From an uncultured Moraxella sp. (GTDB lineage Bacteria; Pseudomonadota; Gammaproteobacteria; Pseudomonadales; Moraxellaceae): a stretch of 64,000 nt of DNA. Every line of letters starts with the position of its first letter. The first letter of the stretch is position 1. The stretch lies in contig CALTTE010000003.1 of the NCBI GenBank assembly GCA_943908405.1, forward strand, positions 2,685 to 66,684, in the 5' to 3' direction. The notes beneath the pieces were generated by a model. That model worked only from the letters and a program-made list of their open reading frames with translations. It was not told where the DNA came from and ran no database searches. The position numbers and the translations under genes were made by a program. Shown piece by piece: positions 21,126-32,371 of this stretch.

Positions 21126-21436
21126 AGTATTGTCTTATTAGGTGAAAATGCCAAATATTGGGTTGAATTTGGTGTTTTGGTTGCCTTGTTTTTTGGGTAT
21201 TAAGGTTAAAAATTAACAGTTAATTATTGGTTGGATTGCTGGTTGGATTGCTGGTTGGTATTTAAGCCTTAGCCAAATGGGTTAAATGTTTTAAGCCAAA
21301 CAATTTAATTAAAGCATATAAGTTTTGGTGGATAATTTTAGCATACAAACCATTGGTAGACCAATCTGGGCAGACCAATAATATAGATAAACCAACAGCA
21401 CGGCAATCAATGGCTATCGGTGTTACTTGGTACGCT

Positions 21437-21724
21437 CTAGGCAAGCAGCAGCGATGGCAAAATAACCAACAACGCCCCACCAATAAGCAAACCAAACCAA
21501 ATCAGGGTATTATCGCCAAAGCGTCTAAGCAAAGTAAAATACCCCCAAGCATACAACGCCGCCAACATAGAGCCAATGACCCCGCCCAAAAAAGGCGTAC
21601 CAAACATCAGCATAAGCCCCAAATGTGCCACGCCAAAAGCCCCTGCCCAGCCCTAGGTAGGGTAGGATTTGCCCAGCGTGTCCAGCCCATAAGCAAAGGC
21701 GATGAGTAATAAAATGGACATCAT
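21437..21724 (-). pseudogene. Small membrane protein gene interrupted by an in-frame TAG at 21653-21655
   Basis: Two same-frame ORFs join into MMSILLLIAFAYGLDTLGKSYPT*GWAGAFGVAHLGLMLMFG...LVILPSLLLA, a continuous hydrophobic 95-codon product. Confidence 0.65.
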
Positions 21725-21967
21725 AAGATTTTGTTTCCGTGTTGGTGGTGAGATTTGGCTTAATTTTTTATCTTTAACGTTTTTGGGCTTAACGCTTGTT
21801 AGGCTTAATTTTAGATTATCAATAAATTGCCACGATAAGCCATTATAAGCGATGATTGGTAATGGTAACAAGTTTTAGGTTGCTTGCTCTTGTTGGTTCA
21901 TTACTATTCGTTCAACCATTCGTTCATTGCTATTGCTTGGCTGTTTAATATTTTAAAGATTGCACAT

Positions 21968-22864
21968 TTAGCCATTATCTTGCCCAAAAAGCCCTGTGGA
22001 CAAATACCTATCGCCTCTGTCGCACACAATAAAAACAATCACCGCCTTGGGGTTATTTTGGGCGATTTGATGGGCTGCCCACGCCGCCCCACCTGATGAC
22101 ACGCCGGCAAAAATCCCCTCATTTTTGGCAAGATTACGCATTGCTTGCTCGGCATCGCTTTGTTTGATGTCTATAATGGTATCCACCAAATTTGGCTCAA
22201 AGATTTGGGGGAGATAATCAGGCGACCAGCGACGAATGCCTGCAATGCTTGCTCCTGCTTCAGGTTGTAATCCAATAAGCTGTATGGCAGGATTTTGTTC
22301 TTTTAAGAATTGCCCAACGCCCATTATGGTGCCTGTTGTGCCCATACTGCTGACAAAATGGGTGATTTTACCATTTGTTTGTGCCCAAATTTCAGGGCCT
22401 GTGGTGCGATAATGGGCTAATTTATTGTCGCTGTTATTAAATTGGTCTAGCACAATCCCCTTGCCTTGTGTTTGCAAATGGGTTGCCAAATCCCGTGCCG
22501 ACTCCATATCGTCTGTTTCAATCAAGGTTGCCCCATAGGCACGCATCGCATCTTTACGCTCTTGGGTGGCATTGCTGGGCATAATTAAGGTCATCTTAAG
22601 CCCCATCATCGCCGACACCATTGCCAAAGCAATGCCTGTGTTACCGCTTGTGGCCTCTATTAGGCGATCGCCTTGTTTGATTTGTCCACGTTTGATGGCT
22701 TCATTAATCATAAAAAAGGCAGGGCGGTCTTTGACAGAGCCTGCAGGATTATTGCCTTCTAGCTTGGCAAGTAAGGTGGCTTGGGTGTTTGTGTGGTTGA
22801 GTTTGACAAGGGGCGTATTGCCGATACATTGAGCCAAAGAGGCATAAGTGGCAGAATGGGTCAT
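21968..22864 (-). CDS. cysM: Cysteine synthase B
   Basis: IGNTPLV, KLEGNNPAGSVKDR (PLP Lys), EATSGNTG, SSMGTTGT, CDRGDRYLS; divergent from gacS/barA. Confidence 0.95.
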   Translation of the reverse strand: MTHSATYASLAQCIGNTPLVKLNHTNTQATLLAKLEGNNPAGSVKDRPAFFMINEAIKRGQIKQGDRLIEATSGNTGIALAMVSAMMGLKMTLIMPSNATQERKDAMRAYGATLIETDDMESARDLATHLQTQGKGIVLDQFNNSDNKLAHYRTTGPEIWAQTNGKITHFVSSMGTTGTIMGVGQFLKEQNPAIQLIGLQPEAGASIAGIRRWSPDYLPQIFEPNLVDTIIDIKQSDAEQAMRNLAKNEGIFAGVSSGGAAWAAHQIAQNNPKAVIVFIVCDRGDRYLSTGLFGQDNG

Positions 22865-22918
22865 AAGGTTTATTTGATGTTAGTTTTGAAAATTATAGCA
22901 CAGCTTGATGGCAAAAAC

Positions 22919-22968
22919 TTATCGTTGGTTTGTTTTATCGTTGGTTTGTTTTATCGTTGGTTTATAAT
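22919..22968 (+). repeat. 16-bp tandem repeat running into a TATAAT element in the cysM/gacS divergent promoter region
   Basis: TTATCGTTGGTTTGTT x2 plus a partial third copy, then TATAAT at 22963-22968. Confidence 0.8.
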
Positions 22969-23051
22969 GTTTGTATTGTTGTACTTTGGGTTGTTATACT
23001 TTGTATTATTGTACAATAAACCCCTATCATCAATCCTATTAGAGACAAACA

Positions 23052-26000
23052 ATGCCAACAGACAAAGACCCCAAAAAGATTATACCGCTAAATGAGCCAA
23101 CCAGATTACACAAAAAGCCGTCCAAGAAAGGGGTATACAATCGCTCACAAGTCCGCCCCGTCAAAAAATTAAACCCTGGCGATCAATCAACAAAAGCTCA
23201 AAAACGCCAAGCGTTATTACAAAAACGCCAAACGATACAAAACCGCAGGCAAAACAAAAAATACCAAAGAATAGAAAAACATTATCGCTTTGGTATACGC
23301 AGTGCTTATGGGCAACTGGTGCTACTTGTCTTTGTGCCGATTGGGGTTTTGGCAAGTGTTGGGGCGATATTGGTTTTTTTTGAGACCACAAGAGCGGTTA
23401 AAGCAGAACAAGATACGCTGGCACAGGCGGCATTGATTCGTTATGAGCCGATTGTAAAACCGTTGCTTGGTAGTTTGACCAGTCAAGATGAGACGATTTT
23501 GCAAACCTATATTGACGATATGGGGCTAAATGGCGTAACCAGTGCTTTATCACCCACCGATACCACAAGGCTAGAAAGGCGATACATAATGAATAGAATG
23601 TATCGTTTGCAATCCGACCAGCACGTCAAACGCTTGGCAATCTTGGATAGCAAAGGCAAGCCGATGATGGTGGTAGGTTATGACAAGGACGCCGATTGGG
23701 GCGAATTTGACACCAATGCCAACAGCATATGGCGATTGCCCACCGAGGTGGGGATAGCTTATGGTATGCCGATTTATATCAAAAGCGATGGGGTGGAGCA
23801 TAAATTTTGGCTGTTTGTGGATATGGACAAAGAGCCTTTGACCATTGCTTATTATCGTATTTTTTTTGCATTGTTGATTACAGGGCTAAGTACGTTTTTA
23901 TTGCTATTGTTTAGCTTGAATGTGTATTCAAAACGATGGATTGAGCCTGTGTATCAATTAAGGCTGTTTTTGCAAAAAGTGCAGACAAGTAATTTAAATC
24001 GCCCCTTTAAAGGGCGTGCCGATGGTGAATTTCATCTGTTAAAACGAGATTTAAACGCAATGTTTTTTCGCTTAAATGCCAGCTTTAAAAACCTTAAAAG
24101 CTATAGCGATCAAACCGAAGCGGATTTGCAACAAACCTTTGATGAGCTTGAGATGAAAAATATCTCAATGGGTCAAGCCCTAGAGCTTGCCGTTTCTAGT
24201 GGCGAGATAAAATCGGCGTTTTTGGCGAATATTAGCCACGAATTACGCACGCCTTTAAATGCCATTGATGGTTTTGTGAATTTGCTGGCTAGAGCTGACA
24301 ATTTGGACAGCAAACAAATGCTGTATGTACAAACCATCAAAAAATCCTCGGCACATTTGTTGGCATTGATTGGCGATGTGCTGGATTTTTCTAAGATTGA
24401 GGCGGGCAAGCTTGTGATAGAAAGCCGTGCTTTTGATTTTTATGAGCTGGTGTATGAGGTGGCAGATATGCTCTCGCCCACCGCTTTTGATAAGGGTTTA
24501 AGAATGGCGGTGGTGTATTATTATGACGCCCCCACGCAGATTGTTGGTGATAAATTGCGTATCAAGCAAGTTTTGACCAATTTGCTTGGCAATGCCATTA
24601 AATTTACCGAAACAGGCAGGGTGTGGGTACAAGTAGCGATGGACAATGTTCAACTAGACAATGCTCAGTTAGGCAATGCTCAGTTAAGGGTATCGGTATC
24701 TGATACAGGGCGGGGCATTGATAAAGAGACAGAAAATAAGCTGTTTCATAGCTTTGTGCAGGGGGATTTGTCGGTAACTCGTCGTTATGGCGGTACAGGC
24801 TTGGGGCTGGTGATTTGCAAGCAATTGATTGAGCTGATGGGTGGACAGATTGGGTTTTTGGACAACGCTCGTACAGGGGTTGCCAACAATGGGGCAACGT
24901 TTTGGTTTGATTTGCCTGTTGATGATGAATCTTGTGAACCGCCAATGGTTACTTTGCCAAGTTTAAATGTGCTAGGCTGGATTAGCGATGACAAGAACGT
25001 GGCGGTTTTGCGGGCAAGTTTATTGGATACATCGGTAACATTGACGTCCGCCAAATCGCTGGCACATTTGCTTGAGATGCTCACCCAAAACAACGCTTAT
25101 GATTGGGTCATTGCCGATAGTTTTGGACAACAAGGCGATGTAACGGCATTGCTTGCCCAAATTCGCTTGCATTATCAAGGTAAATTGATGGTGTTTGGCT
25201 ATGAGGTTGGGCTTGATGGTGAGCTTTTGGTACAAAACGGGGCTTATGCACTACACGAGCCATTGAATCGCCGTGAATTGTATGCGTTATTAACCAATCA
25301 AAGCGACACAGTGCCTGTCTCACAATGGCACGGCGTGCGAGTGCTGGCGGTGGACGACCATTTGCCCAATCTGTTGGTGTTAGAGGCACTGCTTTTGGAG
25401 CTTGGCATACAGATGGTACAAGCCAATTCTGGCTTTGTTGCCATTGATATAATGACTCGTGCCTATGAGACGATGAATACGCCAGCAGGTGATGATAATC
25501 GCATTGATTTGATTTTTATGGACATCTCAATGCCTGTGATGAGTGGTATCGCTGCCGCCATCGCCATTCGTAAAATTGAGTTAAGTCATAATGCTGTCTT
25601 TGTGCCTATTGTGGCATTATCCGCCCACGGTCATTGGGACGAGATGGAAACGCTTTATCAATCGGGTATTAACGATTATGCCACGAAGCCCATCGCTCAT
25701 CAAGAATTGGTGGCGTTATTGCAAAAATGGCTCAAAGACAAGCCACTCAAAGAAAAACCAAATGATACGCCAAATCTCAATAGCGACCAAGTGGCGATGG
25801 TATCGGCTGATGATGGCTTGTATGATCATCAACCATCAAATAATCATTTATTGACCACTCAAGCACCAATGCCTACCCCATTACCGCCCAACGAAACGCT
25901 CTTGCTATCGCCACCCAATCAAGCGATTGCCAAAAGCCATTTGGCTGTTGTGGACTTGACCGATGGCATCAAGCGAGCAGGGGGCAAAAGCGATATTGCG

Positions 26001-26363
26001 TTAAATTTGCTACAATCATTGATACACAGTGCCAAAGACGAAAAAACGGCGTTGGATAAGGCGTGGGCGGTAGGCGACAGTCAAGCACTGGCGGATAATG
26101 TGCATAAGCTTTTGGGGGCAAGTCGCTATGTTGGCGTACCAAAATTAAGGGCGATGGCAGAAGCGGTATACCCATTGCTATTGGCACACACAAAATCATC
26201 AATGCACAACAAATCATCAACGCACAACAAATTAGCACAAGCACACAATAAACAACAAAACCGCCATTTTTTTGATGATGAATTAAATGCCCGTTTTCAG
26301 GACTTATTAGAGGCTTTGGTGGAATTGTCGTTGGTGGATTTGACAGCTATTAATTGTGGTTGA
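23052..26363 (+). CDS. gacS: GacS/BarA-type hybrid sensor histidine kinase (2 TM, HAMP, HisKA, HATPase, REC, Hpt)
   Basis: H-box SHELRTPLN, NLLGNAIKFT, DTGRGI, GGTGLGL, receiver AVDD...FMDISMP...ATKP, Hpt VHKLLGASRYVG; cysM synteny. Confidence 0.88.
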   Translation: MPTDKDPKKIIPLNEPTRLHKKPSKKGVYNRSQVRPVKKLNPGDQSTKAQKRQALLQKRQTIQNRRQNKKYQRIEKHYRFGIRSAYGQLVLLVFVPIGVLASVGAILVFFETTRAVKAEQDTLAQAALIRYEPIVKPLLGSLTSQDETILQTYIDDMGLNGVTSALSPTDTTRLERRYIMNRMYRLQSDQHVKRLAILDSKGKPMMVVGYDKDADWGEFDTNANSIWRLPTEVGIAYGMPIYIKSDGVEHKFWLFVDMDKEPLTIAYYRIFFALLITGLSTFLLLLFSLNVYSKRWIEPVYQLRLFLQKVQTSNLNRPFKGRADGEFHLLKRDLNAMFFRLNASFKNLKSYSDQTEADLQQTFDELEMKNISMGQALELAVSSGEIKSAFLANISHELRTPLNAIDGFVNLLARADNLDSKQMLYVQTIKKSSAHLLALIGDVLDFSKIEAGKLVIESRAFDFYELVYEVADMLSPTAFDKGLRMAVVYYYDAPTQIVGDKLRIKQVLTNLLGNAIKFTETGRVWVQVAMDNVQLDNAQLGNAQLRVSVSDTGRGIDKETENKLFHSFVQGDLSVTRRYGGTGLGLVICKQLIELMGGQIGFLDNARTGVANNGATFWFDLPVDDESCEPPMVTLPSLNVLGWISDDKNVAVLRASLLDTSVTLTSAKSLAHLLEMLTQNNAYDWVIADSFGQQGDVTALLAQIRLHYQGKLMVFGYEVGLDGELLVQNGAYALHEPLNRRELYALLTNQSDTVPVSQWHGVRVLAVDDHLPNLLVLEALLLELGIQMVQANSGFVAIDIMTRAYETMNTPAGDDNRIDLIFMDISMPVMSGIAAAIAIRKIELSHNAVFVPIVALSAHGHWDEMETLYQSGINDYATKPIAHQELVALLQKWLKDKPLKEKPNDTPNLNSDQVAMVSADDGLYDHQPSNNHLLTTQAPMPTPLPPNETLLLSPPNQAIAKSHLAVVDLTDGIKRAGGKSDIALNLLQSLIHSAKDEKTALDKAWAVGDSQALADNVHKLLGASRYVGVPKLRAMAEAVYPLLLAHTKSSMHNKSSTHNKLAQAHNKQQNRHFFDDELNARFQDLLEALVELSLVDLTAINCG

Positions 26364-26546
26364 TTAATATTGGTGAATTTGATTGGTCAATTTAGTTTGA
26401 TTGGTTAACTTGGATTGGTGTTTTAACTTGGATTTTAACTTGTTGGATTTTAACTTGTGTTTTGATTTGGGTTTTAGCTTGGGTTTTAATTTGGCTGATA
26501 AGTAAAGCTAAACTGATAAGTAAAGCTAAAATAGTTTAAAGGATTG

Positions 26547-27053
26547 ATGGCGATGATTAAAAAGATAACCGATGATACGATTAAATGGGCAACCAAAATT
26601 ATTGTTAATAATAGACAAAGTTTGCCACACATATACAAAAATCCAACGCCAAGCGATTTGGTTAATGCACAGCAGTACTATTTGGGTAAGCAAGGGGCGT
26701 TGTATGTGCTAACAGAACAATCTAAGGTGGTTGGTATTATAGGAAGGCGTGTTTATAAGCCACGCTTTGATTGTATTGATAAGGTGTTTGGACTAAGTGC
26801 TGGTGTTATGGAGGTGGTGCATTTATATATTGACACCAAAAAACGCCGTCAAGGTTTGGCAACACAGTTGTTTGAATCGTTAAAACAAGATGCCAAAAAT
26901 GATGGCGTGCAAAAACTGTATTTGCATACGCACCCAATGCTCCCAAATGCCCAGCAATTTTGGGAAAAACAAGGTTTTGGCGTTATTGGTGCGGAGGTCA
27001 TTGGCGGTATGCCAACCATACATATGTTGATGATTTTGTCCAATACCCAATAA
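26547..27053 (+). CDS. GNAT-family N-acetyltransferase
   Basis: LYIDTKKRRQGLA acetyl-CoA motif; LYLHT...AQQFWEKQGF. Confidence 0.85.
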   Translation: MAMIKKITDDTIKWATKIIVNNRQSLPHIYKNPTPSDLVNAQQYYLGKQGALYVLTEQSKVVGIIGRRVYKPRFDCIDKVFGLSAGVMEVVHLYIDTKKRRQGLATQLFESLKQDAKNDGVQKLYLHTHPMLPNAQQFWEKQGFGVIGAEVIGGMPTIHMLMILSNTQ

Positions 27054-27137
27054 AACATTGCCACAATAAAACATTGCTATGTTTTTAACGTAAAAATTGC
27101 TACAATAAGCGGTTATTATTTGAATTTTTAAAAAACT

Positions 27138-28937
27138 ATGACTGCATTGACGCATATTCGTAACTTTTCCATCATTGCCCATATTGACCACGGCAAATCC
27201 ACGCTTGCCGACCGCTTTATTCAGCTGTGTGGCGGTTTATCCGAGCGAGAGATGCAAGCTCAGGTGTTAGATAGTATGGACATTGAGCGGGAGCGGGGTA
27301 TTACCATCAAAGCCCAATCGGTAACGCTGTATTATAATCACCCCAACGGCAATCGCTATCAGCTCAATTTTATTGACACCCCAGGACACGTTGATTTTAG
27401 CTATGAAGTATCAAGAAGCTTAGCGGCGTGTGAAGGGGCGTTATTGGTGGTGGACGCCGCCCAAGGGGTGGAAGCCCAGTCGGTTGCCAACTGCTACACG
27501 GCGGTGGAGCAAGGGCTTGAGGTGTTGGCGGTCTTAAATAAAATTGATTTGCCTCAAGCCGAGCCTGAACGAGTGATTGAAGAGATTGAGGATATTATCG
27601 GTATTGAGGCGATGGACGCCCCCAAAGTCTCCGCCAAGTCAGGGCTTGGGGTGGATGAGCTTTTGCAAGTGCTGGTAGAAAAAATCCCTGCCCCAACAGG
27701 CGATATTGACGCCCCTTTGCAAGCACTAATTATTGACAGCTGGTTTGATAATTATTTGGGCGTGGTGTCTTTGGTGCGTGTGCGTGAAGGGCAAGTGAGC
27801 AAAGGCGATAAGATTTTTATTAAGTCCACGGGCGAATCGCATTTGGTGTCATCGGTTGGGGTATTCACCCCCAAAGCGTTGGATACAGGTAGCTTAAGTG
27901 CAGGCGAGGTTGGCTTTGTGATTGCAGGGATTAAAGACATTGCAGGGGCGCCTGTTGGCGACACCATCACCCACGCCAAAACCCCTGATGTTGCCAATAT
28001 CCCAGGCTTTAAAAAAATCACCCCCCAAGTTTATGCAGGAATGTTTCCCATTGATTCATCGGATTTTGAAAAGTTTCGGGAAGCCTTACAAAAACTACAA
28101 ATCAACGATGCTGCCTTGTTTTTTGAGCCAGAAAGCTCTGATGCGTTAGGGTTTGGTTTTCGCTGTGGTTTTTTGGGTATGCTCCATATGGAGATTATCC
28201 AAGAACGGCTGGAGCGTGAATACAATTTGGATTTAATCACCACCGCCCCATCGGTGATTTATGAGGTGGTCAAAAAAAATGGCGAGCTGATTTATGTGGA
28301 CAATCCATCAAAATTGCCCGATACTGGGGTGATTGATGAATTTCGTGAACCAATCGCCCGTTGTCAGATTTTGGTCCCCCAAGAATTTTTGGGCAACGTG
28401 ATTACCCTTGCCATAGAACGCCGTGGCGTGCAGGTGGATATGAAGTTTATGGCACGCCAAGTGCAGGTGGTGTTTGACATTCCAATGGGCGAGGTAGTGA
28501 TGGATTTTTTTGATAAATTAAAATCGGCAAGCCGTGGTTTTGCGTCTTTGGATTATAATTTTCACCGCTATCAAGCCGATAAATTGGCAAAAGTGGACGT
28601 GCTTATCAATGGCGAAAAAGTGGACGCATTGGCAATGATTTGCCATACCGAACACGCACGCCGTCGTGGCGGGCAACTCGTAGAAAAAATGAAAGAGCTG
28701 ATTCCAAGACAGATGTTTGATGTCGCCATTCAAGCGGCGATTGGCTCGCAGATTATTGCCAGAAGCACGGTCAAGGCAATGCGAAAAGACGTGCTGGCAA
28801 AATGTTATGGTGGTGATGTTAGCCGTAAGAAAAAACTACTTGAAAAGCAAAAACAAGGCAAAAAACGAATGAAGCAAGTCGGTTCGGTAGAAATCCCCCA
28901 AGAGGCGTTTTTGGCGGTGTTAAAAGTAGATGGTTAG
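27138..28937 (+). CDS. lepA: Elongation factor 4
   Basis: [57 protein letters not shown]. Confidence 0.99.
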   Translation: MTALTHIRNFSIIAHIDHGKSTLADRFIQLCGGLSEREMQAQVLDSMDIERERGITIKAQSVTLYYNHPNGNRYQLNFIDTPGHVDFSYEVSRSLAACEGALLVVDAAQGVEAQSVANCYTAVEQGLEVLAVLNKIDLPQAEPERVIEEIEDIIGIEAMDAPKVSAKSGLGVDELLQVLVEKIPAPTGDIDAPLQALIIDSWFDNYLGVVSLVRVREGQVSKGDKIFIKSTGESHLVSSVGVFTPKALDTGSLSAGEVGFVIAGIKDIAGAPVGDTITHAKTPDVANIPGFKKITPQVYAGMFPIDSSDFEKFREALQKLQINDAALFFEPESSDALGFGFRCGFLGMLHMEIIQERLEREYNLDLITTAPSVIYEVVKKNGELIYVDNPSKLPDTGVIDEFREPIARCQILVPQEFLGNVITLAIERRGVQVDMKFMARQVQVVFDIPMGEVVMDFFDKLKSASRGFASLDYNFHRYQADKLAKVDVLINGEKVDALAMICHTEHARRRGGQLVEKMKELIPRQMFDVAIQAAIGSQIIARSTVKAMRKDVLAKCYGGDVSRKKKLLEKQKQGKKRMKQVGSVEIPQEAFLAVLKVDG

Positions 28938-28993
28938 GGCAGATGGTCGCTTAAAGCGTCAGGTCGCTTTATAAAACGTTATAGGTGGGTTGA

Positions 28994-30094
28994 ATGGCAA
29001 TTAATTTTGATTTGAATTTGATTTTTGTGCCTTTGCTGGTGCTATTGTTTTTGGTGTGGCTGGCGGATAAGTTATTTTTTAAGCAATACGCTCAAGCAAA
29101 ATCACAAAAAGCAAAGCTTCACGTGCTACAAAACAACGTCAATGACAGCAAACAAAGGCTAATAAATGCCCTAAACGCCAATGGCATTAAAAGCGATGCC
29201 GATTATTATGTGGCAGGTGATAGCAGTCCAAGTGAGCTAAAGGATGCTTATCAAGATTACCAAAAGCACAAAATGGCACTGGCCAGTCAAGCACAGCAAT
29301 CCACCAAAGTGCCTGTTTTGACAGAGTGGGCTTATGATTTGTGGCCAATTTTGGCATTTATTTTGGCGGTGCGTGCCTTTGGAGTGGAGCTTTATAATAT
29401 TCCATCATCGTCAATGGTGCCAACGCTTTATACGGGTGATTTTATTGTTGCCAACAAGGCTGCTTATGGGCTTAGATTGCCAATTGTCCATACCAAAATT
29501 TTGGATACAGGCACGCCCAAGCGAGGCGATGTGGTGGTGTTTCGCTACCCCAAAGACCCGAGCCGTAATTATATCAAGCGAATGATTGGCTTGCCAGGCG
29601 ATACGGTGGCATTTAATAACGGTGTGTTGTCTATTAATGGCGAGACTGTCCCCACCGAAACTATCAGCTATCCAATGGCACAAGATTTGGTGGCCCATTT
29701 GTATCCTAACGTGCTTGAGGGCAGACGCTTAAGCGATGATGAACGGTTGGCGTTTGGGCAACAAGAAGAGCAATATGCTCATTATAACTTTGAGACTTTG
29801 GGCGAGCACCGCTACAAGGTACGCTATTTGGGCGATTTAAATAGTAGCCGTTTTGCTCCATTTTTGCAACAAAGCTCACCGCTACTGACAAGCAGTGGCG
29901 GGGCGTCGTGGGAGCTTGTCGTCCCTGAAGGCAAGTATTTTGTGATGGGCGATAACCGAGACAGAAGCGAAGATGCCCGTTTTTGGGGTTTTGTGGATGA
30001 GCGCCATTTGGCGGGCAAGGCTATGTATATTTGGATGCACAAAAACGAAGGTTTATCCTTGCCAAGTTTTGGGCGAGTCGGTAAAATTGATTAA
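28994..30094 (+). CDS. lepB: Signal peptidase I
   Basis: IPSSSMVPTL (Ser), YIKRMIGLPGD (Lys), MGDNRDRSEDARFWG. Confidence 0.96.
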   Translation: MAINFDLNLIFVPLLVLLFLVWLADKLFFKQYAQAKSQKAKLHVLQNNVNDSKQRLINALNANGIKSDADYYVAGDSSPSELKDAYQDYQKHKMALASQAQQSTKVPVLTEWAYDLWPILAFILAVRAFGVELYNIPSSSMVPTLYTGDFIVANKAAYGLRLPIVHTKILDTGTPKRGDVVVFRYPKDPSRNYIKRMIGLPGDTVAFNNGVLSINGETVPTETISYPMAQDLVAHLYPNVLEGRRLSDDERLAFGQQEEQYAHYNFETLGEHRYKVRYLGDLNSSRFAPFLQQSSPLLTSSGGASWELVVPEGKYFVMGDNRDRSEDARFWGFVDERHLAGKAMYIWMHKNEGLSLPSFGRVGKID

Positions 30095-30225
30095 CTTATT
30101 TAATTTAATTAGATAAACTTAATCAAAGAAATTTAATTCAAGAAATTTAATTTAAGAAACTTAATCCACAAAATTAATGACCAACGCAACCAACAATAAG
30201 TAGCGTATACAAAAAAGGAAGTAAT

Positions 30226-30648
30226 ATGAAACAAATTGCCAAGCAACCGCAGCGTTACCCAACCAGTCGCCCATCAAGTCAGCACGGGGCATCAATTACC
30301 ACCATTTTGGTGTTAGTTATTGCCTTGGGGTTATTGTTAAAATTTGGTTTTGCTACCATTCCTGATTATATCAGCAACTATCAGCTAAATAAAATGGTTG
30401 CCGATGAATTAAAACGTGCCAATACGGAACGATGGACTGAAAAGCAGTTTTTGGAGGCACTTGACCGCCAGTTGTCCATCAATGCCAATTATAATACCAA
30501 AGCGGCTGACGTGATTACTGTGAAAAACAAGACGCCAGGGTCTTTGGCGGTGCGAGTGGCTTATGAAAAAGAAAATTTATATTTTAAAAATACGTATATC
30601 GTTAATCGTTTTGATAAGCAAATAACAGCCAGCGATGCCACCCAATAA
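30226..30648 (+). CDS. DUF4845-like single-pass membrane protein
   Basis: QHGASITTILVLV pilin-like N-terminus and the conserved position between lepB and rnc. Confidence 0.75.
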   Translation: MKQIAKQPQRYPTSRPSSQHGASITTILVLVIALGLLLKFGFATIPDYISNYQLNKMVADELKRANTERWTEKQFLEALDRQLSINANYNTKAADVITVKNKTPGSLAVRVAYEKENLYFKNTYIVNRFDKQITASDATQ

Positions 30649-31348
30649 GCCTTTGTCAAACAATAACTTTTCTGTATTATACCGTAAGCTCGGTTATGTT
30701 TTTGTTGTTGATGATTATGCCAGCCAAGCCCTAACCCATCGCTCTTATAGCTCTAAGATGAGCTATGAGCGTTTGGAGTATTTGGGCGATGCCTTGCTTG
30801 GGGCGATTATTGGCGAGTATTTGTACCACGCTTATCCTGATTTGGACGAAGGGCGATTAACCCGAATGCGAGCAAGTTTGGTGCGTCAAGAGACGCTAGC
30901 GGTTGTTGCTGATACGTTACAACTGCACCGTCATATTATATTGGGGGCAGGCGAGCGTAAAGGCGGTGGCAGGCAGCGTGCGTCTATTTTGGCAGATGTG
31001 GTGGAAGCCCTCATTGGGGCGATTTATTTAGACAGTGGTTCTTTTAATACGGTGCGTGCGTGCGTGCTGGCTTGGTATGGCGACAAATTGCGTGAGGTAC
31101 AAGGCGATGTGGTATTAAAAGACGCTAAATCCCGCCTGCAAGAGTGGCTACAAGCTCATAAATTGCCTTTGCCTAATTATGAGCTGGTGGCTGTGGCAGG
31201 CAATTCTCCCAACCAGCTATTTACGGTGCAATGCACGGTTGCTAGCGAGCTTGTTACCCCCATCACCGAAACAGGCAATTCAAGACGCATTGCTGAGCAA
31301 AAATGTGCTGAGCTTATGATTAATCAATTAAACTTAATTCGTTTTTAG
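30635..31348 (+). CDS. rnc: Ribonuclease III
   Basis: ALTHRS, ERLEYLGDA, LADVVEALIGAIYLD, dsRBD DAKSRLQEWLQ. Confidence 0.97.
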   Translation: MPPNKPLSNNNFSVLYRKLGYVFVVDDYASQALTHRSYSSKMSYERLEYLGDALLGAIIGEYLYHAYPDLDEGRLTRMRASLVRQETLAVVADTLQLHRHIILGAGERKGGGRQRASILADVVEALIGAIYLDSGSFNTVRACVLAWYGDKLREVQGDVVLKDAKSRLQEWLQAHKLPLPNYELVAVAGNSPNQLFTVQCTVASELVTPITETGNSRRIAEQKCAELMINQLNLIRF

Positions 31349-31354
31349 GTAGCT

Positions 31355-32326
31355 ATGACTGATAATACTGATATTTTAAACCAATTTTTCACCCCCAAAC
31401 CCACAAGCGACACTTACCGCACAGGCTTTGTTGCCATTGTTGGCAGACCCAATGTGGGCAAATCTACCTTAATGAATCATCTATTGGGGCAAAAGTTGTC
31501 CATCACCTCAAGAAAACCACAAACCACTCGCCACCGTATTCACGGTATTTTAAGCGATGACCATCATCAAATCATCTTTGTGGACACCCCAGGCATTCAT
31601 AGCAATATGGTGCGTGCCATCAATGAGCGAATGAATGCCGCTGCCTTATCTGCCTTATCCGATGTGGATTTGGTGCTGTTTGTGGTTGATGGTATGAAAT
31701 GGCGTGAAGACGATTTATTGGTGCTAGAACAGCTTGCCAAAACCAAGTTGCCTGTTGTGCTCGTCATCAACAAAAGCGACACCATAAAAGACAAAGGCGA
31801 GCTGTTGCCTGTGATGGCAGAATTTAGCCAAAGCTTTGAATTTGCTGACATCGTGCCAGTATCAGCACTCAAAGGGCATAATCTGGATAAATTGCTTGAG
31901 GTGGTTGGGCGTTATTTGCCCATTCGTCCAGCGATTTTTGATGTTGAGCAGATTACCGACCGCTCTGAACGCTTTTTGGCAAGTGAAATCATTCGAGAAA
32001 AAATCATGCGGACATCAGGCGATGAAGTGCCATATGATTTGACTGTGCAAATTGATACCTTTAAAGATGAGCCAGCCCACAAAGACCCCAAAACAGGCAA
32101 ATGGCGACGAGCGGTTACTTTTATTGATGCCACCATTTTTGTGGAGCGTGATGGACAAAAGAAAATTGTCATTGGCGATAAAGGCAGCCGTATCAAGCAA
32201 GTGGGTATTGATGCCAGAGTAGATATGGAAAAGCTGTTTGACAAAAAAATTATGCTCACCCTTTGGGTAAAAGTCAAAAAAGGTTGGTCTGATGATGAGC
32301 GAGCATTAAACAGTTTGGGGTATTAG
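31355..32326 (+). CDS. era: GTPase Era
   Basis: GRPNVGKSTL, PQTTR, DTPG, NKSD, KH domain VIGDKG, LWVKVKKGWSD. Confidence 0.98.
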   Translation: MTDNTDILNQFFTPKPTSDTYRTGFVAIVGRPNVGKSTLMNHLLGQKLSITSRKPQTTRHRIHGILSDDHHQIIFVDTPGIHSNMVRAINERMNAAALSALSDVDLVLFVVDGMKWREDDLLVLEQLAKTKLPVVLVINKSDTIKDKGELLPVMAEFSQSFEFADIVPVSALKGHNLDKLLEVVGRYLPIRPAIFDVEQITDRSERFLASEIIREKIMRTSGDEVPYDLTVQIDTFKDEPAHKDPKTGKWRRAVTFIDATIFVERDGQKKIVIGDKGSRIKQVGIDARVDMEKLFDKKIMLTLWVKVKKGWSDDERALNSLGY

Positions 32327-32371
32327 GTTTTTTGGGGTATAATAGGTTTTAAGTTAAATTGGAGTGTCGCA

